The notes under the pieces were generated by a model. That model saw nothing but the letters and a program-made list of their open reading frames with translations. It was not told the origin of the DNA and did not search any database. A program made the position numbers and the translations under genes. From the human T2T-CHM13v2.0 reference genome, Homo sapiens, in assembly GCF_009914755.1 (NCBI RefSeq), contig NC_060926.1: a stretch of 64,000 nt of DNA. One strand, given 5' to 3'. Below are positions 41,307 through 54,812 of this stretch, one piece after another; position 1 is the first letter of the stretch; each line of letters opens with the position of its first letter.

Positions 41307-41970
41307 AGGATCTCTCTTTACCACCATCCTGAGATTCTGTCATTTTTCTTTTGTTGGAATTTTTTATTTTCTGCATCCCATTTCTTCTTTCCTGGATTAC
41401 CCTCTCATTTTTGTGGAGCATCTTTTATTTCACAGAGAATATTAACGATATTTCATGCCTGACTTGATTGTTTTGGCCTCTGCTTTTTACATGAAAGGCT
41501 TCAAATGTTTAGTGAGCCTAAGATAGCTATTCTTACTTAAACATGGGAGACTAAAAAGTTGATAAAAGGCTTTGTTTCCGTGGTTAGTCTTGTCAGCTCT
41601 GCTCTGCTTGCAAGGTTATTTTCTCAGTGAACCCCAGCATTATCATCTTTAAATCTTTTCCCCCCGAGCTGATCAGATTCCTCAGAGAAATCTCTTTGAG
41701 TCTTCTGTTTGGCGGGTTTGTAATCTTGGCTGTCACTGTTCTGGAAACTGGGTAGGAAGAAGAAGACTGGAGGGGAATGGGGGATTGTTTTAGTATTCAG
41801 TATGTAAACTTTCACTTAAGCCTCCTGTTTTCACTTCTCAACAGTGCATGTGAGTGGCATGCCTTATTCTAGAGACCCTTCTCTCTGGAGAAGAAATTTC
41901 CAGTTTTTGGCCAAGACTAGGGAGGGGCATCACTTGGCTGCATGGATTTGGGATAAGAATCTGGATGTCT

Positions 41971-42310
<340 letters not shown>

Positions 42311-42732
42311 TCATCCTGGTGTTAGGCCTGCCTTCATCCAGTTTCTAGGGGTATGAGTTTCTCCAATTCCTGAGCCTTCTTTAGGGATCCCCAGTGAAAA
42401 CTGCTTTTTGGCATATTCCCCACTGCTGACTTTGAATCTAGCTTTCCCAGGACTGCTAAGCCAATAATCACCTATCTGTATGCTTTCTGACTTCTAAAAT
42501 TTTATTGTTCTTGTCACCTTTTTCATGTTATTTGTCCTCAGGTTTACATGTTTAAAAAATTCTCTTTATAATTGTTGTAGCAGGAGAGAGCAGAGGCTAA
42601 CGTGTTTTCAATTTGCCACCTTAACTGGAAGTCCTTACATATTATAAGGAATATACAAAAAATTGTGTGTGTGTACACAACACACATTTATTTTATGGAA
42701 ATCTGTGACTTTATATATTCATTTAAAACCGA

Positions 42733-42862
42733 TGGTCCTTAAACTTTAGCATCCATCAGAATCACCTGAAGAGCTTGTTAAACCTTAGTAATTTGCAGTT
42801 CCATTACGTTCTCAGGTGATACTAATACTGCTGGTCCAGGAGTATACTTTGAGAACCACTGA
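42733..42862. mobile_element. MER5A fragment
   Basis: catcagaatcacctgaagagcttgttaaa...tactttgagaaccactg. Confidence 0.75.
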
Positions 42863-43289
42863 TCTAAAAGTTCTATGGACATTGTTTTGTAGTATACCAT
42901 TGCATGGAATTACTTAATTAAACTTCTATTCCTGGCATTTAGGTTGTTCTAAATTTTTATATTATAAACAGTGCTGCCACAGCATTCCTTGACCCGAAAC
43001 CTTTGCATGGCTTTCAAATCATTTCACTGGGATGAAATCTTCAAAGTAGAACTGTTGGGCCTATTTGCACATCAGGTTTCTACTCTGTGCTAGAGACTGT
43101 TCTGGGCACTGGGACATAATGGTGGCAAGACTGTCCGCCTTCAGGGTGTTTATATTGTAGTAGGAGGAGATAGGCAATAAACGACCAAATAAAGAACATT
43201 TTAGTCACTGATAAGTGCTATGAAGAAAGGACTTACAGAATTTGGAGAAAGGGATTTTGAGGAGTTATTTTGAGACTTTGTGTTTAAGA

Positions 43290-44655
43290 AAGTGTAGCTT
43301 CTCAGGGTCATTCCTAGTCCTGCTGCTTTTCTACCCTTACTCCTTATGTGACTTCACCTAATACCATAGCTTTAACCAACCACCAACTATATGCTGAAAC
43401 TAAAATTCCTATCTCTAGTCCCACCTCTCCTTCAAAGTATAGATTCTTATATTCAGCTGCTGACTCAACATTTCTGTTGGTGTATTTAATAAGATTCACA
43501 CTTAACACACATAATTCTAACATTGATTTCGCTCATCAAACTGGATTTTTTTTTTTTTTTTTTTTGGCCATCTTCCTTGTCTTGGTAAATGGCAATGCAT
43601 TCTACTTGTTGCTCAGGCCAACAACCTTATAATCATACTTGTTTTCTTTTCTCTCATGCTTTACATCCAATCTATCAGCAAATCCTTTGACTCTGCCTTT
43701 AAAATCTATCTAGAATGCAACCATTTCTCACCAGCTGCAATGCTACCGCTCCAGTCCAAGTACCAGTCATGGCTTTCCTGGAAGAGTGGTCTTCTGTTTC
43801 TACTCCTGCCCTCCCGTAACTCCATTCTTCCCTCAGCAGCTGGAGTGACCTTTTTAAATACATAAATGAGGTCCTGTTGCTTCCATGTTTTAAAACTCTC
43901 CAGAAACTTCTTAGAATAAAATCCAAAGTACAAATAATGACCTACAAAATTCTACATAATGTAGTTCTTAATCTCTCTTCAGTATCATTCCCACCACTTT
44001 CCCTCAGAAATTTCTGTTCTTATAAAGAGAAAGAGGTTGAATGGACTCATCGTTCCACATGGCTGGGGAGGCCTCACAATCTTGGTAGATTTACGTAGAA
44101 ACTATATTATGTTGCATCCCATGATGCTCTCACTACACTGGCCTTTTTGCTGTTCCTGCAGTTCACTCCTGCTAATATACTTGGTATTCTTCCCAACATC
44201 CTTAAGACTTACTTTCTGAATTAATTCAGGTCTCTGCTCAAATATCACCTTCTCAATGAGGTTTCTCTGACACCCATATAAAGTAGCGCATCTCTCTTCC
44301 CTTCCCATCACTTACTATGACTCTACATTGCTATTTTTCTATGTAGCATCACTATCTGTCAAATGTAATTTTTTTTTTTTTAGAGAAAGTCTCTCCGTGT
44401 TGCCCAGGCTAGTCTCGCATTCTTGGGCTCAAGTGATCCTCCTGTCTCATCCTCCCTAGTAGCTGGGATTACAGGTGCACACCATGGCACCTGGCTCTGC
44501 CAATTGTATTTCTTGTTTGTTTGTTTATTGGTCTGTCTCCCATTACTAGAATATAAGTTCTAAGAGAGATGAGACATTATTCACTTGTCATTTCCTGAGA
44601 CATAGAAGAGTGGCACAAAGAATGAGATGAATAAGCATCTGGTGAATGAATGAAG
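43290..44655 (+). mobile_element. L2 3' region with nested Alu monomer (44368-44496)
   Basis: L2 words (catccaatctatcagcaaatcc, tctgctcaaatatcaccttctc) and terminal tgaatgaatgaa. Confidence 0.75.
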
Positions 44656-44719
44656 ATACCATAATGTCATATGGTAGAGGATACCTGAAAGATGGGGATA
44701 GAAGAAGGTGCTGCTCTAG

Positions 44720-45188
<469 letters not shown>

Positions 45189-45332
45189 CAAATCCGTCTT
45201 TAGAATCCTGTCCCATCCCACTCCTACAGATATCCCATGATTACGTTTTTGGCTGATTTTATTCTAGTCCTTTATTACTCTTTATTGCCAAATTGCTCTT
45301 TGTAAAGGTTTTATAACTAGTTTTAAGATAAT

Positions 45333-45696
45333 TGTATTAGTCCATTTTCTTACTGCTATGAAGAAATACCCAAGACTGGGTCATTTATACAGAAAAAGAG
45401 GTTTAATGGACTCACAGTTCCACATGGCTGGGAGTGCCTCACAATCACGGTAGAAGGTGAAGGAGAAGCAAAGGCACGTCTTACATGGCAGCAGGCAAGA
45501 TGAGCGTGTGCAGGGGAACTACCCTTTATAAAACTATCAGATCTCGTGAGATGTATTCACTCTCATGAGAACAGCATGGAAAAAACCCGCCCCCATGATT
45601 CAATTACTTTCCCCAGGTCCCTCCCATGACACGTGGGAATTATGAGAACTACAGTTCAAGATGAGATTTGGGTGAGGACACAGCCAAACCATGTCA
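45333..45696 (-). mobile_element. THE1C-like solo LTR
   Basis: tgtattagtcc...cagccaaaccatgtca with TG/CA ends; near-TSD ataat/atatt. Confidence 0.9.
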
Positions 45697-45789
45697 ATAT
45701 TTAAAATGCCTGTTTAGATTTTTTGCTGTTTTTCTTTTGTTATCCAAATAGTTCACTGGATTTTTAAAAATCTCCATTTATCTCCTAAG

Positions 45790-45943
45790 AAACGTCTGTC
45801 TGCTCTGGATCTCTGGATGGAGTTGAATACTCACAACGAAAGGAGAAGGGAATCGTGAAGATGACCATGCCACAGACACTTGCCTTCTGTTATCTGTCCT
45901 TACTTTGGCAGAGAGAAGCAATAACACTTTCAGATCTTTTGAG
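45790..45943 (+). CDS. TAF1B: TAF1B coding exon 7
   Basis: tctcctaag| acceptor, 154 nt, donor GAG|gttagc. Translates (E)[50 protein letters not shown](R). Confidence 0.95.
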
Positions 45944-47977
45944 GTTAGCTAGACCTCTTGTATGATAATATTTTTGCTGGTTACTACATGAACTAAGTAG
46001 ACAAACTTCGGATATTTTGATTTTTATAAGAAGGCTTAACTTGAGGAAGGAACTGGAAAGGTTGAGTAGCCTGAATTCTAATTCTGAAATGTAATCCCCC
46101 CTGGGCTAGTAATTCATCTTCTTGATTTTCTTATTTATGTAGTAGAAATTATAGTACTTACCACACATGGGCTATTGGAAAATTAATTATCTAATATAAT
46201 CTTTTGAAGAGAAAAGTGACATTTAAGTACCTGAGTAATATTAGTAAATATTTTTCATTTCTAAGAAAAGATAAACAGGTGATCTTTACATTAGCAAAAT
46301 GGTTATTTGTAGTTACACAAAAGCATATATTGGTGTTAAGAGCTAAAATATAGGTTGTCTATGTTTGTAAGGAAAAGTTGAAGACAAAACTGTTGAAAGG
46401 ATGTGTTATCCAGATAGTAAGCGTTTATATTTTTCAGGATAATCTACAGAGTGTTTTGGTTAATGAATAAATTACAGTTTTATGTGTAAGAATTTCTCAC
46501 TTAATAGACGTGCCAAAATTCTTATGTGCTGATTTTTTTCTCCTTGCTTTATATGTGTTCTGAATAGTAACATTTGGGTTTAATCAATATGTAGGGTGCT
46601 TTTAACAGCACAAATTAGGAACCAAACTGCTGGGTTTGAATCCTGGCTTTGCCACTTATTTATTATATGACCTTGAGTAAGTCATTTAATTTGTCTCTGC
46701 TTTTGTTTCTTCGTTGGTAAAATGGGGCTAATAATAACTACCTCATAGGGTTGTAACTACTTTCAATAATTAGCGCTACATGGAAAGCACGTAGAGCAGT
46801 GTCTGGCACATAATAAGACCTCAGTGCTAGTCATTACTGTTTTTGTTTTCATCATCACCACCATCATCGTCATTATTGGCTCAGCCCCTTTGATTAAATG
46901 TAATGCCTCCAGTAAATGATGATAGTGCCTTTGAATTTGGCCACATCAACCAAATAAAAACGCTTTCCTCAGGTCTGATTAACTCTACAAGCAGATAGCC
47001 CATGATTCAGTGAATTTTACTATTAATTTAAAAACCTGATCTTGTTTTGTATGCCCCCATTGGGTGATCTCATCTTTTCCCAACGCTTTAATTACCACTA
47101 TACTGATGACTCTCAAATTTATATCTCTAGCCCAGACTTGTCTACTGAGGGCCAGACCCATAGATTCATATATACAGCTGTCTGCTGGACACAGCTACTT
47201 AGATGTCTTTATGGTATCTCAGAATCAGCATGACTAGAGGTTCATCATCTGTCTCCTTGATCCAGCTCCTTTTCCAGTGTTCTCTTTCTTAGTAAATGCC
47301 ATCCACCCTGTTGCATCCTATCCAGAAGCCTAGGAATCATCCTTGACTCTTTCCCCTCTACGTACACTGTTGGTCAATTGTCCACTCAGTTATATGTCCA
47401 AAAACTCACAGAACCATTCTTCTCTGCATTCCCTCTCTCTCTCTGTCCTCTCTACCCTCATTTGGATTGCTTAACAGTCTCCCAGATGAGCTCTGTGTCT
47501 GTAATCTTGTGTCATTTCTATCCATTTTCCTCCTGATAACCAGAAGGATCTTACAAAAACATAAACCTAATCATGTCATTAGAGCTGGATAAAGGGGCTA
47601 GCCATCCTACCCAGGACGATCTATAAGGGGCTAACAGAACTCTCCTAGAAATCTAACAAGGTGGAGAAAGTCGTATTTACCTGGAATTCTTCTCAGGGAG
47701 AATATTATATGTGGTTGGAATAATAGGGGTAAGATACTACCCACCCCTCTTCTCTCCCTCCCTCTTTTCTCCTCTCTCTCTCTTTCCCTCTCCTCCCCCA
47801 CCAAGGGGAATTCTAAAATGCCTTCAAGGAGATTAAATCTAGTTAGCTAGGGGGCTTTTGTTTTGCTCTGTGGAATACACAAGTTTGGGAACAGAGCTTA
47901 GTTGCTTGGGGCTATAGGAGAAGAGACTGTCACCATTGATATTCTTCCTTTGCTTTTCTCCCAGAAAGAGCTCTAAG

Positions 47978-48350
47978 TCATAAGTTCTCAAAATGTGGCC
48001 TCCTGACTTACAGCTTCAGTATCACTTGGGAACTGGTTCGAAATGTGAATTCTTAGACCTATCCTACACCTTCTGAATCAGAAACCCTGGGGTAGGACCT
48101 GATAATCTCTGCTTTAAAATAAGCCCTTCAGGGGATTCTTCTTCTTTTTTTTTTTTTTAATTGTTTATTTTTATTTTTTCGTAGAGCTGGGGTCTTGTGA
48201 TGTTGCCCAAGTTGGTCTCAAACTTCTGGCCTCAAGCAAGCCTCCTACCTTGGCCTCCTGCCTTGGCCTCCCAAAATGTTGGGATTATGTCATGAGCCAC
48301 CATGCCTGGCCCAGAGGATTCTTATGGATGGCAAAGTTTGAGAACCACTG
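47978..48350. mobile_element. MER5A split by an Alu monomer (48145-48312, -)
   Basis: ttctcaaaatgtggcc...gaatcagaaaccctgggg...aagtttgagaaccactg; TSD ag(g/a)ggattctt. Confidence 0.75.
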
Positions 48351-48720
48351 CCAAACTTTGAAAAAATATGTAAAGAACACAGTTTTAAGGGAGTATGTTA
48401 TTAGCCTGGCCAAAGTACCCACATACCTTAACACTGTGCATGTCACTCCCTTTTTAAGTCCTCTAGCAGCATCCATAGTCCTTAGGATAAATTCATTACC
48501 CTGCAAATAGCCTGTAAGGGACCCTGCCTACCTAGCAATAATGGCATTAATGAATAAAAATAGCCAGCCCTTATTCATTCTGTAAATTTGTATTGAATAT
48601 CTACTATATGCAGGTGTTGTTCTGGCATCTAGACCCTTGCGATGCAGTTGTGAATCATATAGGTCAAGTCCTTGCTCTCACAAATTTCAAGACCAGAGGA
48701 GGAAAAAACAAACACATACA

Positions 48721-48786
48721 TATGGTTGGTGCAAAGGTCATTGCAGTTAATGGCAAAAACCACAATTACTTTTGCACTAACCTGAT
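48721..48786. mobile_element. MADE1 (Hsmar1 mariner MITE), internally deleted
   Basis: ggttggtgcaaaggtcattgc...cacaattacttttgcactaacct inverted termini. Confidence 0.85.
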
Positions 48787-48960
48787 AAATAAGAAAAGGA
48801 TCAGACAGGGAAAGGCTATTCAGAAGATTGAAATAGGATGGTATGATAGAAAATGACTAGATGGCTACTCTAGATTGGTTATTCGGGAAGGCCTCACCAA
48901 GAGGGTGGCATTTACTCTGCACCTTAAATGAAAATAGAGCCAGTGTGAATATCAGGAGTA

Positions 48961-49499
48961 CAATAGACCTCACTTACCACAGAAGATATGTTCCAAGACA
49001 TTGGATGCCTGAGAATGTAGATAGCACGGAACCCTATATACACTATGTTTTTTCCTATGTGTACATTCCTATGATAAAGTTTAATTTATAAGTTAGGCAT
49101 AGTAAGAGATTAACAACAATACCTAATAATAAAATAGAATAATTATTACAGTGTACTGGTACTACTACTCTTGAGCTTTGAGGCTGTTATTAAGTAAAAT
49201 ATAAGGGGTACTTGAATGCAAGCACTGCAACACTCTGACAGTAGATCTGAGAATGAGCCAATGAACTACAAGTAACTCATGGCTGGGTGGCGCTACAGCT
49301 TGGCTGTGCTGGACAAAGAGAGGACCCGCATCTCAGGTGGGTCAGAGAGAGATGGCATGATATTTCATCATGTTCTTTAGAATGGCATACAATTTAACAC
49401 TTATGACTTGTTTATTTCTGGAATTGTCCATTGTATATTTTCAGACCACAGGTAGCTGAAACCATGCAACACAAAAAAGAGGATGAGTGGGGACTGCTG
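48961..49499. mobile_element. Tigger2-family element
   Basis: TA-flanked; gatatgttccaagac...atgataaagtttaatttataagttaggc...ggggactgctg. Confidence 0.8.
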
Positions 49500-50350
49500 T
49501 ACTGGCATTCCGGGTAGAAGGAGGTTGCTAGTGCCAAGCCCTAAAGCAAGAGCTGTGTGATGAAGGAGCAGAGGAGAGTTCGTGTGACTGGAGTCAGAGA
49601 ATTCTAGGGCGGAGTAGGAGGATGAGAGTGAACAGATCATCAGAGGCAGATATCTGTCTTTGTAAACCAAGTTAGGAATTTGGATTTTTAAAAATTGAGG
49701 TATAATTTATATATAATAAAATGCACCCTTTAAAAATATACAATTCAGTGGTTTTCAATATGTTTTCAAAGTTTGCAAAGCTGTGCAGTCTCTATTTTCA
49801 GGACATATCACTCTGGAAGGAAACCTCATACCCAGGGGAACTGCGGGTTTCCAGTGTGAGAGTAAGCCCCTGGAAGATTGCAGCAGGAGAGATACGATCT
49901 GATTGATGTTTTTAAAAGATCATTCAGGCAGCTGTGGAAAATGAGTTCTGGGAAGGGTGGAAGCACGGAGACCAGGTGGTCTTTTGCTATCCTCCAGGCA
50001 AGAGATGGTGGCTTGGATTATGGCAGTGGTAATGGTGACTGGGTTCAGGATCTGTTTTTACAGGTAGACACGACTTAATTCTAATGCAGTGGTTTTTTTC
50101 AGTGATCTGAGACAAAGGATGAGTTTACTAAATTTCTAACCCATCATAGATTGAAACTTTGGAAAATTACATAATTATAAGTAGAGACAGTGTTTCCAGG
50201 GGACATGGCTAAACTCTGTTGGTCAGGAGAGGCATATGAGATGCTTTTAGTCTACACCAGTTTTTCTGTCAACTTCCTGGATTGATCTAGAGAACTAGCT
50301 GATAATACCTAGGAAGGGAAATAGATTGTTCAGAACTTTGAGTAAGCAGC

Positions 50351-50376
50351 TTTTTTTTTTTTTTTTTTTTTTTTTT
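50351..50376. repeat. T26 homopolymer
   Basis: Read directly. Confidence 0.95.
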
Positions 50377-50976
50377 GGAAAAACAAATACTTTTCTAAAA
50401 GGAGATTCAAAGAACTATTTATAAATGGTGAAAAACTGTTAGAACTCCAGATGCCGAAGACCTGCTCTTTGCGGACATTTCTGCTTCCCCTAGTCAGGTC
50501 TCTCATTTCTTCCTCTGCTCCTACAGAACTGACTGTGCCTCTGTTGTGCTGCTTGAGACAGTGTCTCTACTGACTCATGTGCAGGCTGTTTGTCTGACCT
50601 ATTAGGGTGGGAGTGTGGAAGACCCTTCATCTCTTACTTATCTCTGCAGACTCCTAACACTCCACATAGTGCTGGCATGTATTATCACATAGGAGTGAAG
50701 ACTACATAAATAATGAGCACATTAACATAGTGGAATACTAGGCAGCTTAAAAAGTGACAGGTATACATTACATCTTGTATATAAAATAATATTAAACCAA
50801 AAATATAATTTCACAATAATACAAATACTGATTACTGCACATAAATACTATCATATAAACGAAATATACTAATAAAAACTTAGCTGGGGAACCTTTAACA
50901 CCATTTTTATGTAAATATTTCTCAACTTTCAGTAGAGTAAAAATTAAAACACATTTTTAATTGAAATTAAATTTGA

Positions 50977-51272
<296 letters not shown>

Positions 51273-52034
51273 GTGTTGAATCAGTTTTGTCCTTTAAGTG
51301 TTACAAAGCTGAAAGCCAAATGTCAGCCCAGCTCTTCAAGGCAATGCATTTTGTGTACTTATTCCTGTCTTTAGCTCACTTTCCTTAATTTTCTTATTTT
51401 AAATATATATAGGTATAAGTATATATTTGACATGGTTGCAAGACCCCCATTTCTCATTCTCAGTTCTCCTTTATTTTTCTCCTTAACATTTCACTCTACC
51501 TAACATACTATAGATTTTACTCATCTGTTTTGTATCTTTCTTTTCTCACTAGAATGTAAACTCCATAGGAACAAGAATGTTCTTCTGTTTTGTTCACTGC
51601 TGTTTCCCTGCAGTCTAGAATAGGACTAGGTATATAGTATTCAATACATTGTTGTTAAATTAATGAATCCTAAATAAATATATTTGTCTATTTATGTGTA
51701 TGTGTTATTTTCTTCAAACTCAATAATTGACTCAAAATATTTGATCCACTGTGTACCAGGCATTGGGGTGGAGTGGTGAGCAAACAGGCAAGGTCCCACT
51801 CCTTAATGGTTCTTTCAGCAACAAACATCTAACATGTACCATTATAGGTATTGGAGACAGAAGGGTAGACAAGGGAGGTAGGCTGTCACAGAAAATGGGG
51901 ATCAAGGTAGACCTCCTTGAAGGAGTGATTTATGAGTAGGAGCCTATCATGCGAGGGGAGCTAGGGATACAGGGAATGCCATGTTGGAAAGCCTAGTGGT
52001 GAACTAACAAGTAGGATACACACTTCTTGAACAC

Positions 52035-52386
52035 TTTTTTTTTTTTTTGAGACTGAGTCTTGCTCTGTTGCCCAGGCTGGAGTGCAGTGGCGTTAGCTCA
52101 CTGCAACCTCCGCCTCCCAGGTTCAAGCGATTCTTCTGCCTTAGCCTCCCGAGTAACTGGGACTACAGGCCAAGCCACCATGCCTAGCTAATTTTTGTAT
52201 TTTTAATAGAGACGGGGTTTCACCATATTGGCCAGGCTGGTCTCGGACTCCTGACCTCGTGATCCGCTTGCCTTGGCCTCCCAAAGTGCTGGGATTACAG
52301 TTCTGAAACTCCAGGGCTCAAGCAGTCTTACTGCTGCTGCCTCCCAAATAGCTAGGGGTACAAGCATGTGCCACTGTGTGCAGTCC
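52035..52386 (-). mobile_element. Alu (AluSg/Sc-like) fused to an older Alu monomer fragment
   Basis: Dimer to about 52300, then aaactccagggctcaagcagtc...gccactgtgtgcagtcc. Confidence 0.85.
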
Positions 52387-52630
52387 TTCTTAGACATATT
52401 TATTTAGACAGGAACTTAAGAGAATCATTCAGTAATTGGCTAAATAGGCCAACATATGGGTAAAGAGAATAATAGATATGATTAGATTTATTATCCTTAA
52501 AATCGTGGGAAATAGAATATGCTTAACTAATTCTTACCTTGTCTTTGAATTAAGAGATTTTTCTTAAAGCATTTACTCTGCTATATCAGTATATAACTCT
52601 CATTAAACCTTTTTCTTTTTAAAAATACAG

Positions 52631-52730
52631 GTTTGTTGAAGAGGACCATATTCCTTACATAAATGCTTTTCAGCATTTTCCAGAACAGATGAAATTATAT
52701 GGACGTGACAGAGGAATCTTTGGTATAGAG
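52631..52730 (+). CDS. TAF1B: TAF1B coding exon 8
   Basis: atacag| acceptor, 100 nt, donor GAG|gtaagt. Translates (R)FVEEDHIPYINAFQHFPEQMKLYGRDRGIFGIE; cumulative CDS 807 nt = 269 codons. Confidence 0.95.
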
Positions 52731-53806
52731 GTAAGTTATTTTCTTTTTTACTTTCTAGTCTCTGATAAGGCACAAGAGTGGTATGATAATTTCTATTTCT
52801 TGCTTGACTTACTATTTGGTGTTTTGTGTTTTATCCCAATATGGAACATCAGTCATAATTTAACGAAGAGTAGAATTTTATTATTTTTTATTTTCCTTAT
52901 TTGGATTCCTCTAATCCTTTAGGTTATCCTCAAAATATAGCTGTAGTGTGATGTGTGTGCATTGCAGATAGGTATGTTGTTGAGACTAAACTTGAGAACT
53001 TTTATCTAGAGACCTTTAGGTAATTTCAATTTTTTAAAAATAAAATATGTGTTTTGTTGTTGTTATTTGCACACTATATTGCTATGGAAGAAAGAGAAGA
53101 AAGTTATTACCGTGTTTCTAAAGGTACTATTTTAAGTTCTTCACTTATGTTAGTTTGTCTTTTTCTAGATCTGTTTTCAGATGTCTCCAATGGAAGGGTT
53201 TCTGTCCTTTGATTATGAGTTTGTGTCACTATTGGTGGTACTCAAAGGTTATTTCCCCTTGGTTCTCATCAGAAGTTTTTTTTGATGTACTAAATGTTAA
53301 AGATTTTCCTCCATTCACCTACTTAAGGAATCATTTTCATAGAACTTCATGACCCTGACATTGTTGGCGGTGTAAGAGTCATTTGTTAAGTGCTGTTTAA
53401 TAGTGGCCTGACTTTGATGAAGGGTAACCTCTATTCAGATACCCTTTGATGTTCAACTTAATGTTGAGGTTTATCCCTTTCCAGCCTGTCAGTGTTAATA
53501 AATGCAGACATAAAGTGAATTTGCAAATTTTATGGAAGTTTCAGCATTTCATGTTATCTTTGAAATTAATGTAGGAGAACTGCTTGCAAATCCATTGACA
53601 AACACAGAGCTGGCAGAGAATTTAAAGTTGAAGAAGAGAAAACCAATAATGAGGATGGCACAATAGGTGCTTCCAAAGGGAAAATTTGAATGTCAAAGGA
53701 TTAAGAGTACTCCCTGGCAAAGCTGATAGAGCCCCTGAATATTTTGTAAAATAATTCTCTTTGTAGTTATGCTATAATATCAAAGGCAATAGGAAGGATG
53801 TCGTAT

Positions 53807-54812
53807 TGTTGCGGGATCTTTGGGGTGCCGTTTTTCTGGCTGGAAAACCTTTGTGGCCGGTGGCATCTTTGCCCAAGTTTTGCACTAGGCTCATTTCGCC
53901 CACTCCGCCTGGCAGGCTGTGCTTGGCTCACGCTACCGGCCTGGGTCTCATGCCTGCCAAGTGCAAGTCAGGCATGGAATGGTGATGGATGTGTGAGCAA
54001 GCATGGGGTCTGGCCAGTCAGATATGCCACCTGCTGCAGCGGGGCAGGCAGTTCCAGGTGCCAGCATGATTGCCAGCGATCCGCGAGGCTGCGACCGGAC
54101 CAGTCGCGCTGCAAGCAGTTTCCGCAGCTGGCATTGGGCAACACGGTGGTACCTGGGAGCTTGGAGATGCCAGGAACCACAGGGCCTCAAAGAGGGAGTC
54201 ACAGCCCTGGCTCGAGGAGCTCCCAGGTCTGGACTCCCCGAAGGACCACAGCTCTTCTTTCCTTCTCTTTGCCCACAACATGGCGAGCAAGGGGCATGTT
54301 TCAGACCTGTTTGTGTTACAACTGTTTTAGCCTTGCCATTCTGTGCGTCCTGAGTTCGTGTCCTGCAACCAGGAAGAATGAGGTACACAGATAAGTGGAG
54401 GGTGAGCGAGATGAAGAGGAGCTTTATTGAGCGACAGAACAGCTCAGTCTCCCACAGCGGGCAGCTCCTTTCTGCAGCCAGGGTGTCCTGATGAGCGTTC
54501 AGCTCCTAGCAGAAAGGAGACTCTGGAATGGGAAGCTCCTGTCTGCAGGCAGGTCGTCCTATTGTCTTTGCAGCTCTCTCAGCAGAGAGGAGGCCCTGGA
54601 GTAGGTTATTCCTCTCTGCATCCCATTGTCTTCCCAGCTCTCAGCAGAGAGGGGGCCCTGGAGTGGGTTGCTTCTCTCTAAAGCTGGTTATCCCTTCTGA
54701 GTTGGGGTGGGAGCTCCCTGGGTGCTGCTGCAGCCACCCAAGCCACAGCTGTGGACGTGGGCATCCTTGTGCTCTCAGGACAACCTGCCCTCAGAGAGGA
54801 GCTTCCCACTCT
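53807..54812 (-). mobile_element. MER52-like ERV1 LTR, partial
   Basis: Terminus tgttgcgggatctttggggtgccgtttttctggctgg; GC-rich body with internal agcagagagg..ccctggagt repeats. Confidence 0.8.

Noticed and set aside
47740-47800. CT-rich tract as H-DNA or regulatory element
   Set aside because: Short, imperfect low-complexity sequence of a kind common in introns.
53798-54394. 198-aa ORF and overlapping ORFs
   Set aside because: They lie inside a GC-rich MER52 LTR, are open in several frames, and show no protein similarity I can recognise.
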